Source: Thermoproteota archaeon (lineage in GTDB: Archaea > Thermoproteota > Methanomethylicia > Methanomethylicales > Methanomethylicaceae). Taken from it: 32,000 nucleotides of DNA. How positions within the stretch are numbered: the stretch's first letter is position 1; every line of letters begins with the position of its first letter. Position numbers and translations under genes: made by a program. Positions 1-7,429 of the stretch are shown here, one piece after another. The stretch lies in NCBI GenBank assembly GCA_016882195.1, contig VGLU01000010.1, positions 1 through 32,000 on the forward strand, given 5' to 3'. The notes under the pieces are model-generated. The model did no database searches. It saw only the letters and a list, made by a program, of their open reading frames with translations, and was not told the DNA's origin.

Positions 1-191
1 TTATGTCTTTTGATGAGGGCGAGGCAACCGTAAAAAATGAATTTCCTAGAGGAAGATGGTTCTTACTATTAGACTCGAACGACAAAGTTTATGGCGGCAA
101 AGGAGGGCACATGCCCAGACACGTAGGGGGGGGTGCAACCGAATTGCCCCTATTGCCCTGGGGGGTTTCGATATACCTGTGTAGAGATTAG
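1..191 (+). CDS. 3' end of a glycoside-hydrolase-like gene (possible GH13-type alpha-glucan enzyme C-terminal domain); partial, continues upstream of the window
   Basis: The frame is open from the window edge to TAG at 189-191. The tail ...RGRWFLLLDSNDKVYGG...LPLLPWGVSIYL resembles C-terminal beta-sandwich ends of alpha-glucan-active GH13 enzymes. It converges on a glycogen synthase-like GT. The assignment is weak. Confidence 0.35.
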   Translation, partial: MSFDEGEATVKNEFPRGRWFLLLDSNDKVYGGKGGHMPRHVGGGATELPLLPWGVSIYLCRD

Positions 192-1441
192 GCTTTATGC
201 TCCTCTATAACTTTAGAGTACACATCTATGATTTTAGATGCTATCTTCTCCCACGTGAATTCGGACAACACGCGTAGCCTTGCATTTTCACCCAGAGTCT
301 TCATGTGGTTTTCATCGGCAAGTATGCTGTTGAGCCCCCAAGCAATATCTCGAGGGTCGTATGGGTTTATGTGGTAACCACATTGGTGCTCCCCGCTGTT
401 AAGAACTATCTCTCGCATGCCGCTAACGCCTCTAGCACCAACCACCACAGGCTTCTTCATTGCCATTGCTTCTAGCGCGACTATACCGAAGGGCTCATAG
501 AAACTTGGGAATGTTGCTAGATCTGCAGCAGCATAGTGGGCGATTCTCTCCTGCTCGGAGAGCATGCTGAAGTTGAAGGCGACCTTTTCCGTGAGCCCAA
601 GGCTCTGAACGAGTCTGACCAGCTCACCCTCCATTTCCCCCTTTCCCACTATAACCAACTTTGTATTTGGGAACTTGGCCAGTACGTCGGGCATGGCCAT
701 AATCAGCTTATCGGTCCCCTTCACCCCAAAGAGTCTGCCAACAAAGAAGATCATCTTATGATCCTTGGGGATGCCGTATTTGGTCCTAACCTGCTGTATT
801 CTTTCACCAGATACCTGATCCGGCGAGTACTTGCGGGGATCGACGCCGTTCCAGACCACCTCTATCTTGTCTGTGGGGATGCCGGATGCAACCAGCTCGT
901 CGCGCATTGCATATGAAACCGTGATTACCTTGTCTGCAACTTCCGCTGCCTTCCTCTCCAACTCTATGATTATTTTTGATCCATCACCGAGGCTCCTACC
1001 TTTCTCGGTAGAGTGAATGTGAAAGACCATGGGAACGCCCGTAGCGTTTCGAAGGATCATCCCAGCTACGGCGGATAGCCAGTCATGAACGGAAAGTATA
1101 TCGAAGGATTTCTTCTCCAATGGTATAAGATCATTAACAATCTTTGTGCTAACCAGCAGATTGTACAAAAAAATGCACGAAAAAAAGGGCACCCCCGGTC
1201 CCCATTGCCGGATCTCGTCAGAGACGACGGACGGAAAGATCTGGGATATGTCAACAAGCTTTGGTCTATGAACCTCAACCCCACTCATGAGTTCCCTTGT
1301 TCTTAGAGCCCCGTCATTCATGGTAAAGACGGACAAGTTATGTTCCATCTTTACGAGCTGTCTTGTGAGTTCGTAGGTGTAGGTTCCTAGGCCACCCATG
1401 ATCCTTGGCGGGTACTCCCATGTAAATAAGGCTATATTCAA
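188..1441 (-). CDS. GT-B glycosyltransferase, archaeal glycogen synthase-like (GT4/GT5)
   Basis: 417 aa with a TTG start. The N-terminus FTWEYPPRIMGGLGTYTYELTRQLVKMEHNLSVFT matches the (F/Y)EhxPxxxGGL...VFTP pattern of archaeal glycogen synthases. The C-terminal E-X7-E motif is PSFYEPFGIVALEAMAMKKPVV. Confidence 0.7.
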   Translation of the reverse strand: MNIALFTWEYPPRIMGGLGTYTYELTRQLVKMEHNLSVFTMNDGALRTRELMSGVEVHRPKLVDISQIFPSVVSDEIRQWGPGVPFFSCIFLYNLLVSTKIVNDLIPLEKKSFDILSVHDWLSAVAGMILRNATGVPMVFHIHSTEKGRSLGDGSKIIIELERKAAEVADKVITVSYAMRDELVASGIPTDKIEVVWNGVDPRKYSPDQVSGERIQQVRTKYGIPKDHKMIFFVGRLFGVKGTDKLIMAMPDVLAKFPNTKLVIVGKGEMEGELVRLVQSLGLTEKVAFNFSMLSEQERIAHYAAADLATFPSFYEPFGIVALEAMAMKKPVVVGARGVSGMREIVLNSGEHQCGYHINPYDPRDIAWGLNSILADENHMKTLGENARLRVLSEFTWEKIASKIIDVYSKVIEEHKA

Positions 1442-1514
1442 ACAGACACCGAAATACTTTAATTACCTTGAGGCTATTAAAATTTTTTGTGTAACATATC
1501 TAAATAATCATAGT

Positions 1515-2063
1515 TAGGAATTTCTCGTCGTCCTGGGTTTGTCCTCCTTTATCAGCTCATAGCCCCACTTCGGCTCCGCGATCTCCCCCAGCATTGCGGC
1601 GATGGGGCAGAGTTTGGTCATGGTAAGGTGAATAACCCTGTCCACTATCTTGTCGTCAAGATCGCCTTTGAGGATGAACTTCATGAAGATCTTATAACTT
1701 CGGTTGTTCCTTCCGCCTGATCCCGTTTATCTTGACCTCGTAGGAGGTCAGCAGTTGCCTCCTCGCCTTGAGCATTGTTACGATATCGAGCCCCGCACAT
1801 CCTCCCAAGGCGACGAGGAAGAGGTCCATGGGCGTGGTCCCCTTGCTCGTGCCGCCGTACTTCTTGTGCATCTCCATGAGGATCTCGTGTCCGTACTGAT
1901 CCTTACCGATGAGCCTCAGTTCACCGTTCCGCTTGACGGAGGCTCTAGCTATTAAACATCCCAGAGGTAGGATGGGGATCCAACATTTATCTTTTTTATG
2001 GGCAGATGTGCCTGTACCGATGCTGAGGGGCTGGATGTGGTCGATCGCGTTGTAACTCCACAT
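1515..2063 (-). pseudogene. OsmC/Ohr-family peroxiredoxin-like gene interrupted by a frameshift near 1692-1700
   Basis: The track ORF 1692..2063 carries the OsmC core (TPMDLFLVALGGCAGLDIVTMLKARR) and stops at TAA 1692-1694. The rest of the domain (YKIFMKFILKGDLDDKIVDRVIHLTMTKLCPIAAMLGEIAEPKWGYEL...) continues in a different frame from about 1699 down to TAA at 1515-1517. Confidence 0.7.
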
Positions 2064-2203
2064 GAAGATGATGCACTAGTTGGCAGGCTCCATACACTCA
2101 AGATCCAAATCATCCATTGCGTCTTTGGGACTTTTCATCATTGCCTGCCAATTTAAAATGGGGGCGAAGGGATAAAAAGATTTCATCGCCAGCGTTCGGC
2201 AGA

Positions 2204-2554
2204 TTATCTTGTGAGACCCTTCTGCTGGCGCTCTTTAGTTGTCGTTAGGAGACCCTTCTTCTTGAGCCGGACAAGGGCGGATTTCACACTGCTTGGTTTT
2301 GCGTTGAGCATCCTTGCGATCTCGTCCACCGTCATATCGCCATTGTTCTGGATCAGTTGGAATATCATCTCGTCCAGCAGGTCCCGGGCGGGCAGGGAGA
2401 TTATGCTTATGTGGGATATGGAGCTCCCCATCACCACGGCGGCGGGCGAGGAGCGCCCGTCGAGGTCGACGCAGTTCTCCAGGAAGATGTTCATGAGATC
2501 ATCGTCCACCTGGACGAGCCGACCCCTGATGACCTGCCCATCAAGAAGGTGCAA
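2204..2554 (-). CDS. Sm-fold (LSm-like) domain fused to a C-terminal winged-helix DNA-binding domain; the frame stays open upstream to 2647
   Basis: Sm1-like segment: (IIE)LHLLDGQVIRGRLVQVDDDLMNIFLENCVDL. Sm2-like segment: AAVVMGSSISHISII. wHTH: MTVDEIARMLNAKPSSVKSALVRLKKKGLL. The first canonical start (TTG at 2554) falls inside predicted Sm strand beta1. The in-frame upstream codons encode ...DKTSVVERLRRYVNSIIE with no ATG/GTG/TTG. Confidence 0.6.
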   Translation of the reverse strand: MHLLDGQVIRGRLVQVDDDLMNIFLENCVDLDGRSSPAAVVMGSSISHISIISLPARDLLDEMIFQLIQNNGDMTVDEIARMLNAKPSSVKSALVRLKKKGLLTTTKERQQKGLTR

Positions 2555-2694
2555 CTCAATTATGCTGTTTACGTACCTTCTCAGCCTCTCGACGACCGAG
2601 GTTTTGTCTCTTATTTGCAGTATGAAGACCCCCAGAGTGACAGAGACTTATTGCATTTGGTGGTTTTAAAGTTTAACGCTTCCTATTTCGGTTA

Positions 2695-2791
2695 TGGTGC
2701 GGCCGCCGGGATTCGAACCCGGGTCCTTAGCGATCTACAGGCGTTTGCCTTTGGCAGGCTAACGTCCTAGACCAGGCTAGACTACGGCCGC
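2695..2791 (-). tRNA. tRNA-Gly(GCC) with a ~19 nt intron in or next to the anticodon loop; CCA is genomically encoded
   Basis: Reverse complement: GCGGCCG-TA-GTCTAGCCTGGTCTAGGAC-G-TTAGC-CTGCCA[~19 nt]-GCTAA-...CCGGGTTCGAATCCCGG-CGGCCGC-A-CCA. The acceptor, anticodon and T stems pair, and the T-loop is TTCGAAT. It is 94 nt without CCA. Confidence 0.85.
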
Positions 2792-2817
2792 AACCTTGAG
2801 ACATTCTGCGTTGGGGG

Positions 2818-2827
2818 TATTTAAAAA
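2818..2827 (-). promoter_or_regulatory. TATA-box candidate for tRNA-Gly
   Basis: TTTTTAAATA on the minus strand, about 27 nt upstream of the mature tRNA 5' end at 2791. Confidence 0.4.
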
Positions 2828-2981
2828 GTTCGTTGTTGCAAAAAGGGGGCTATCGCTAATGCCTTCAAGTCATCCCACGAGGGTCGTCTTAACTCTGAGC
2901 GATCATTGCCCCAGAATATGATCTGAGGGGGTCGAATAAAAGATTACCCTCGTTGCAGATGCCTTTTATGATAAAAAAACC

Positions 2982-2989
2982 TTATAAAA
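2982..2989 (+). promoter_or_regulatory. TATA-box candidate for tRNA-Phe
   Basis: TTATAAAA ends about 26 nt upstream of the tRNA-Phe 5' end (3015) and is preceded by an A-rich BRE-like stretch. Confidence 0.45.
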
Positions 2990-3014
2990 CCCAGACTTGT
3001 ATTAACCAACGGAA

Positions 3015-3091
3015 GCCCGAGTAGCTCAGCCTGGGAGAGCATCCGGCTGAAGACCGGAGTGTCGCTGGTTCAAGTCCGGCCTCGGGCACCA
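3015..3091 (+). tRNA. tRNA-Phe(GAA), no intron, CCA encoded
   Basis: GCCCGAG-TA-GCTCAGCCTGGGAGAGC-A-TCCGG-CTGAAGA-CCGGA-GTGTC-GCTGG-TTCAAGT-CCGGC-CTCGGGC-A-CCA. This is a complete cloverleaf. Confidence 0.93.
3045..3091 (+). repeat. Direct repeat copy 1 (3' half of tRNA-Phe; att-like)
   Basis: GGCTGAAGACCGGAGTGTCGCTGGTTCAAGTCCGGCCTCGGGCACCA recurs at 3894-3939 with one substitution and one 1-nt deletion. Confidence 0.9.
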
Positions 3092-3102
3092 TTTCTCCAT
3101 TG

Positions 3103-3108
3103 TTTTTT
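3103..3108 (+). terminator. oligo-T terminator candidate after tRNA-Phe
   Basis: A T6 run lies 12 nt downstream of the tRNA 3' end. Oligo-T tracts act as archaeal termination signals. Confidence 0.35.
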
Positions 3109-3258
3109 AAATCGAACCCGCCGTTGGAAGCTAACTTATCCACTATTTCTTACCGATAAAAACCAAAATGCGCTAAAAAAGGAAAAGGGCTCAGGTGCAC
3201 ATTTTTAACATGCTCCATAAGTTCGGCGTTAATAGGCATATTCCATGGCATTGATGTA

Positions 3259-3810
3259 TTATGTTTTACCAATGTTTTGAAGTATCCAAAATAGACTTAC
3301 ATACTTTTGTTCGGTTACAGTTTGATTCCACATTACAGTTGCTTGCTCTGTAACCTTAGATGTTGCACTATAAAGTCCTACACTCTTAGCCCCTAGGCCA
3401 AAGAAGCCGGTATTTGGATTATAAACAACAAAATAATAAGTGTCGTTAATTAATGCAAGAAACCCGTATCGAGTTTCTGAGACTTCCTTACGTTCTGCTA
3501 CGGATACAAATGAGGATTGATTTATGTACTTTGAGAATTCACCACTTGTAAAAATATAGGTATCAACGTTGTAGCTTGCTTTTACAGAGTATTCGACACC
3601 TCGCCCAGCATCTATGTATGCAGATCGGTAAACAGAATATCCAGGATCTATGGTGACACCCGAAATATACATCAAATTTTGAGTATTTGTCTGAGTTGCA
3701 GGAACCTGAACTGTGGAAGAAACGCTAAAGGGCAACATCGGTGCAAAAAAAAGAATTAAAATTATGGCCGCAACAACGACAGAACCCGCAGTACCTTTTG
3801 TGACGGGCAT
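3259..3810 (-). CDS. Hypothetical membrane-anchored/secreted protein (N-terminal TM or signal anchor)
   Basis: 183 aa. The N-terminus is MPVTKGTAGSVVVAAIILILFFAPMLPF, followed by a Ser/Thr/Tyr/Asn-rich beta-type extracellular region. Codon usage is AT-rich, unlike the neighbours. I recognise no family. Confidence 0.55.
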   Translation of the reverse strand: MPVTKGTAGSVVVAAIILILFFAPMLPFSVSSTVQVPATQTNTQNLMYISGVTIDPGYSVYRSAYIDAGRGVEYSVKASYNVDTYIFTSGEFSKYINQSSFVSVAERKEVSETRYGFLALINDTYYFVVYNPNTGFFGLGAKSVGLYSATSKVTEQATVMWNQTVTEQKYVSLFWILQNIGKT

Positions 3811-3893
3811 TTTTTAGCCTTCATTTAACTTGTTTTATAACATAACCGTCTATTTTTAGGGCATTCATAGTTTTTAATATTTTCTAAAAGATT

Positions 3894-3939
3894 GGCTGAA
3901 GACCGGAGGGTCGCTGGTTCAAGTCCGGCCTCGGCACCA
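3894..3939 (+). repeat. Direct repeat copy 2: orphan 3'-half fragment of tRNA-Phe (att-like)
   Basis: GGCTGAAGACCGGAGGGTCGCTGGTTCAAGTCCGGCCTCGGCACCA. There is no matching 5' half upstream, so this is a tRNA fragment, not a gene. Confidence 0.9.
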
Positions 3940-4035
3940 CTATCTTTTATAACTTAGGCTAAGGAAAAGAAAATACCCACTTCTTGCCAAGGGACTATGA
4001 CTTGTCCAACTGGAACGACACAATTACGAGAAAAA

Positions 4036-4392
4036 TTAAGCCGAGGGAGGGGATTCTGAACCTCTTAATTTGTTTATTCTCTTACCTATGGTGTCGCATA
4101 TCTTTTCTCGTAATTTTTCGCCTTCTAAGGGCTTCTTCCTGATCCTCGCTAGTTGCAGGGCAAGGATGTTGTCTCCAAGAAACCTTATCCACTTCTCAAA
4201 GTCCCCCCGTTGGGTGTGGAATTCTATCGACTTAGGTTCAACAGTTTTTAAAGTTTCGTAGAATTGAATAAGGTTCTGCGCATTTCTGCCGGTATAATTC
4301 CCTTCCTCTAGGCAGAAGTAGAAGGCATTTTCTGGTTTGACGTCGGCAAGTACGTTATTGGTTTTTATCTTTTCAACTCTGCCTTCGCTCAT
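4036..4392 (-). CDS. Conserved hypothetical small protein (possibly DUF5752-like)
   Basis: 118 aa. The pattern FYFCLEEGNYTGRNAQNLIQFYETLKTVEPKSIEFHTQRGDFEKWI resembles small archaeal/bacterial proteins of unknown function. The family name is from memory and unverified. Confidence 0.5.
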   Translation of the reverse strand: MSEGRVEKIKTNNVLADVKPENAFYFCLEEGNYTGRNAQNLIQFYETLKTVEPKSIEFHTQRGDFEKWIRFLGDNILALQLARIRKKPLEGEKLREKICDTIGKRINKLRGSESPPSA

Positions 4393-4703
4393 CAGTCACG
4401 CCCCTGAGCAAATCCATAAACAGAGTTTTAAGCATTTTGGTTGATGTCCGGCTCGGGTGCTATTCGATGACAAATGAGACGTTTAGGATGTTAGAAAAAG
4501 TTGGGGATTATATTCTCACTTTATTGCCGTTAGTGTGCCTGAGTTTACAGACATCACAAAAGTGGCGATAACAAAAGATGCTTACCGATTACTCTGCGGG
4601 AAATTGATTCCAACCGGGGTTACCGGTTCATTCCGATCTCTGGGTTATCTCTTTCATTACAAGATCAAATCTTAATAGTGTAGGAAGTACTATTACAGAT
4701 ATC

Positions 4704-6713
4704 ATGGTAGCCGAGAAGAGGATTTTCACAGCGTGCCCGAGGGACTGCTACGATACCTGCGCCATGTACGCCTACGTTGATGATGGGGGCAAGCTTGTCA
4801 GGGTGGAAGGCAGAAAGGATCACGGGTTCACGAAGGGGTTTCTATGCCGCAAGGGGCAGATGATCCTCGACTGGGTGTACTCGCCGGACAGGCTGAAGTC
4901 CCCGATGAAGAGGGCAGGGGCCAAGGGCAACGGAAGGTTCGAGAGGATAACGTGGAACGAGGCCTTTGAGATCATAATGGATAATCTAAAGAGGGTGGTT
5001 AGGGAGTACGGACCCACCTCTGTCTTGCCGTACGAGTACGCCGGGCACATGGGGGTCATAAGCAGGTACTACCCTTACAGGTTCTTCAACAGGCTAGGCG
5101 CCTCGCAGCTCCACTACACCATATGCTCCGAGGCGGGGAAGAGGGCGCTGACCTACCACTATGGGACACCTGCGGGGATGGACCCGGAGGACGTCCCGAA
5201 CTCTCGCTACGTCGTCTTCTGGGGGTTCAATCCCGCATGGACAAGCCTCCACCTGTACACGCTGGTAAAGAACTCGAAGGCAAAGATGGCGGTTATCGAT
5301 CCGATAAGGAGCGAGACCGCGGAGTACGCAGATCTCCACATACAGCCCAGGCCCGGGACGGACTCTGCCCTCGCGTTGGGAATCGCCAACTACGCCATCT
5401 CCAACGATCTTTATGATAAAGAGTTTGTTGAGGACCACACGTACGGTTTCGATTGGTTGAAGGAAGCGGTGAAGGGTTACACACCAGAGAAAGTATGCAG
5501 GATCTGCGGCCTGGAGGCGAAGGAGTTCAGGGGTTTCGCCGAGGAGTACTGCACGACGAAGCCGGCGGCCGTATTGATGGGCTTGGGGCTGCAGAGGAAC
5601 GTCAACGGTGGCGAGATGGTAAGGGCGATCAGCCTGCTCCCGGCGATAACTGGAAACATAGGAAAAGGCGGAGGAGGCTTCTTCTACTCCAACGCGTCGT
5701 ATTTCACAATAGATTGGGGGAGGATTAAGGGACGCGGCAAAGAACGGAGGAAGATTAACATGATAAAGCTCGGCGAGGCCCTGCTCGACGATAGCCTGAG
5801 GCCACCAATCAAGTTTCTCTTCGTCTACAACTCCAACCCTGCCGCCGTGTGCCCGGATCAAAATAAGGTAAGAAAAGGGCTATCGAGAGAGGATCTCTTC
5901 ACGGTGGTCCACGACCTCTTCCTGACCGATACGGCGGAGCTTGCGGACATCGTGCTGCCTGCCACGAGCTACTTCGAGACCTTCGACATCCAGTTCACCT
6001 ACGGCGGGCTGTACGTGGCCCTGAACGAGAGGGCGATCGAGCCTTTGGGCGAGTGCAAGTCCAACGCGGAGGTGTTCACGGAGCTCTCCAAGGGGATGGG
6101 GTTCGAGGAGATCGTGGAGGAGCCCGAGACCGTAGCAGAGGAGGCACTCAAGACCGGCACTGGGTACATGAAGGGGATTACGCTGAGAGAGTTGAGGAGG
6201 AAGGGATTCGTGAGGCTCAGGACACCCACGGTTCCCCACATTGCGTTCGGAGATTTGAGATTCAGCACGCCAACCGGCAAGATAGAACTTTACTCAAGGC
6301 AGGCTGAGGCGGATGGTGTGCCGCCGATCCCTGCCTTCACCGAGAGCAGGGGAGATTATCCTATCAGGCTGATAACACCTTTTCACCGGGACCTTATGAA
6401 GTCGCAGTACTTTAACATAAAGAGCATTTACGGTGCCGATGAACAGGCGGTGGAGATCAACAGGGAAGACGCCAGCGCCAGAGGGATAAGGGACGGGGAT
6501 CGCATCAGGATCTTCAACCAGCGGGGGGAGTGCATTATGAGAGCCAAGATCTCGGGAAAGGTCAGGAGGGGGGTCGCCCTGAGCTACGGGATAGCTTGGC
6601 CGAAGCTGGTGGAGGGTAAGAGGACATCCAATTTTACGACGAGTAGCCACACGGCAGACCTGGGCGGGGGTTCGGCATACCACACCAATTACGTGGATAT
6701 CGAGGTCATTTGA
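4704..6713 (+). CDS. Molybdopterin (bis-MGD) oxidoreductase catalytic subunit, DMSO-reductase superfamily; no Tat signal; substrate unknown
   Basis: 669 aa. N-terminal 4Fe-4S cysteines: CPRDCYDTC...C(RKG). MopB core includes WGFNPAWT and IDPIRSETA. The C-terminal beta-barrel MGD-binding domain reads (INREDASARGIRDGDRIRIFNQRGECIMRAKISGKVRRGVA). There is no RRxF twin-arginine leader. Confidence 0.85.
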   Translation: MVAEKRIFTACPRDCYDTCAMYAYVDDGGKLVRVEGRKDHGFTKGFLCRKGQMILDWVYSPDRLKSPMKRAGAKGNGRFERITWNEAFEIIMDNLKRVVREYGPTSVLPYEYAGHMGVISRYYPYRFFNRLGASQLHYTICSEAGKRALTYHYGTPAGMDPEDVPNSRYVVFWGFNPAWTSLHLYTLVKNSKAKMAVIDPIRSETAEYADLHIQPRPGTDSALALGIANYAISNDLYDKEFVEDHTYGFDWLKEAVKGYTPEKVCRICGLEAKEFRGFAEEYCTTKPAAVLMGLGLQRNVNGGEMVRAISLLPAITGNIGKGGGGFFYSNASYFTIDWGRIKGRGKERRKINMIKLGEALLDDSLRPPIKFLFVYNSNPAAVCPDQNKVRKGLSREDLFTVVHDLFLTDTAELADIVLPATSYFETFDIQFTYGGLYVALNERAIEPLGECKSNAEVFTELSKGMGFEEIVEEPETVAEEALKTGTGYMKGITLRELRRKGFVRLRTPTVPHIAFGDLRFSTPTGKIELYSRQAEADGVPPIPAFTESRGDYPIRLITPFHRDLMKSQYFNIKSIYGADEQAVEINREDASARGIRDGDRIRIFNQRGECIMRAKISGKVRRGVALSYGIAWPKLVEGKRTSNFTTSSHTADLGGGSAYHTNYVDIEVI

Positions 6714-7294
6714 ATCATTATCCCGGCTATATCAAGATCCTCCTTTGAGTTTATGTTGAAGAATGAGGCTGGATGTACGCTGAGATCCTCTATTTTTACA
6801 AGCTTTGCTTTCATGAGTTCAAGAAGTTTGCGCATGTTGTTTACCTCGTTTTTAGGTAGGGAGCTCTTCCTGTAGAGCGCGGCGAGGGGCTCGACATAGC
6901 CGTTGGGCCAGACCGGAACCACAGCCGAGGAGGATCCCATTCGATCTTGCAGAAGGTGAGGGAGGCTCGGATTCAGCAGCGGGGTGTCGCACCCCATCAG
7001 GAATATAAGGTCCTCGGAGACCCCGGAGAGGCACCTCGTCAGAGAGGCTGGATAGGGCGGTCCCTTGGGGGGCTCAAGTATGATCTTGACGCACCTCCCG
7101 CTCAGCTCGTCCTTTAGCAGAGATTCCTGCTCGGGATTTTTCAGTAGGAGGTATACGTTCGGGGATACCGTAAATGCGATATCGAGGGCGTAGGAGATTA
7201 GGGATCTCCCCTTGAGGATCGCTAGGGGCTTAAACGTGCCCAGTCGGGTCGACTCCCCCCCGGCCACTACAACCATGGCGATCTGGTTAGCCAA
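6689..7294 (-). CDS. mobA: Molybdenum cofactor guanylyltransferase
   Basis: 201 aa. The N-terminal nucleotide-binding motif VVVAGGESTRLG..KPL is typical of MobA. It converges on the molybdoenzyme gene and overlaps its 3' end by 25 nt. Confidence 0.75.
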   Translation of the reverse strand: MANQIAMVVVAGGESTRLGTFKPLAILKGRSLISYALDIAFTVSPNVYLLLKNPEQESLLKDELSGRCVKIILEPPKGPPYPASLTRCLSGVSEDLIFLMGCDTPLLNPSLPHLLQDRMGSSSAVVPVWPNGYVEPLAALYRKSSLPKNEVNNMRKLLELMKAKLVKIEDLSVHPASFFNINSKEDLDIAGIMIQMTSIST

Positions 7295-7429
7295 ATGAAC
7301 TACCCTGCTTGAGAGGTTAGAGAATGCCCCAAATAAAAGGTTTGATCCTTGAGGGACGGATCTTCCGGCAATATCTATAAATTCCTAAGGTGTATTTGTA
7401 ATTGCAAACCACCCCCGGAGATAGTTGAG

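Larger units (their letters stand above)
3092..3893. mobile_element. Putative remnant of a tRNA-Phe-targeted integrated element (no integrase retained)
   Basis: Bounded by the intact tRNA-Phe and a displaced 3'-half copy in direct orientation. It is visibly more AT-rich than the flanking genes and contains a single orphan ORF. Confidence 0.45.

Noticed and set aside
2085-2141. Possible C/D-box sRNA on the minus strand (starts with a perfect ATGATGA C box; a GGATGA C'-like box lies ~25 nt later)
   Set aside because: There is no CTGA D or D' box at the required ~12-nt spacing (only ACGC and TTGA/GTGT at those positions) and no terminal stem. The evidence is insufficient.
2357-2770. 137-aa and 152-aa plus-strand ORFs overlapping the Sm/wH gene and tRNA-Gly
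   Set aside because: They run through a tRNA gene and are antisense to a motif-bearing CDS. The products are low-complexity.
4440-4495. TGATGT / CGATGA box-like motifs in the 310-bp intergenic region upstream of the molybdoenzyme (possible sRNA), and a 34-aa ORF (MTNETFRMLEKVGDY...)
   Set aside because: The boxes are degenerate and not paired with CTGA boxes at correct spacing. The small ORF has no SD and no recognisable features.
5094-5861. 255-aa ORF antisense to the molybdopterin oxidoreductase, plus several smaller overlapping ORFs between 4820 and 6683
   Set aside because: They are all nested in a gene with continuous MopB homology. Their compositions are typical of antisense or off-frame translation.
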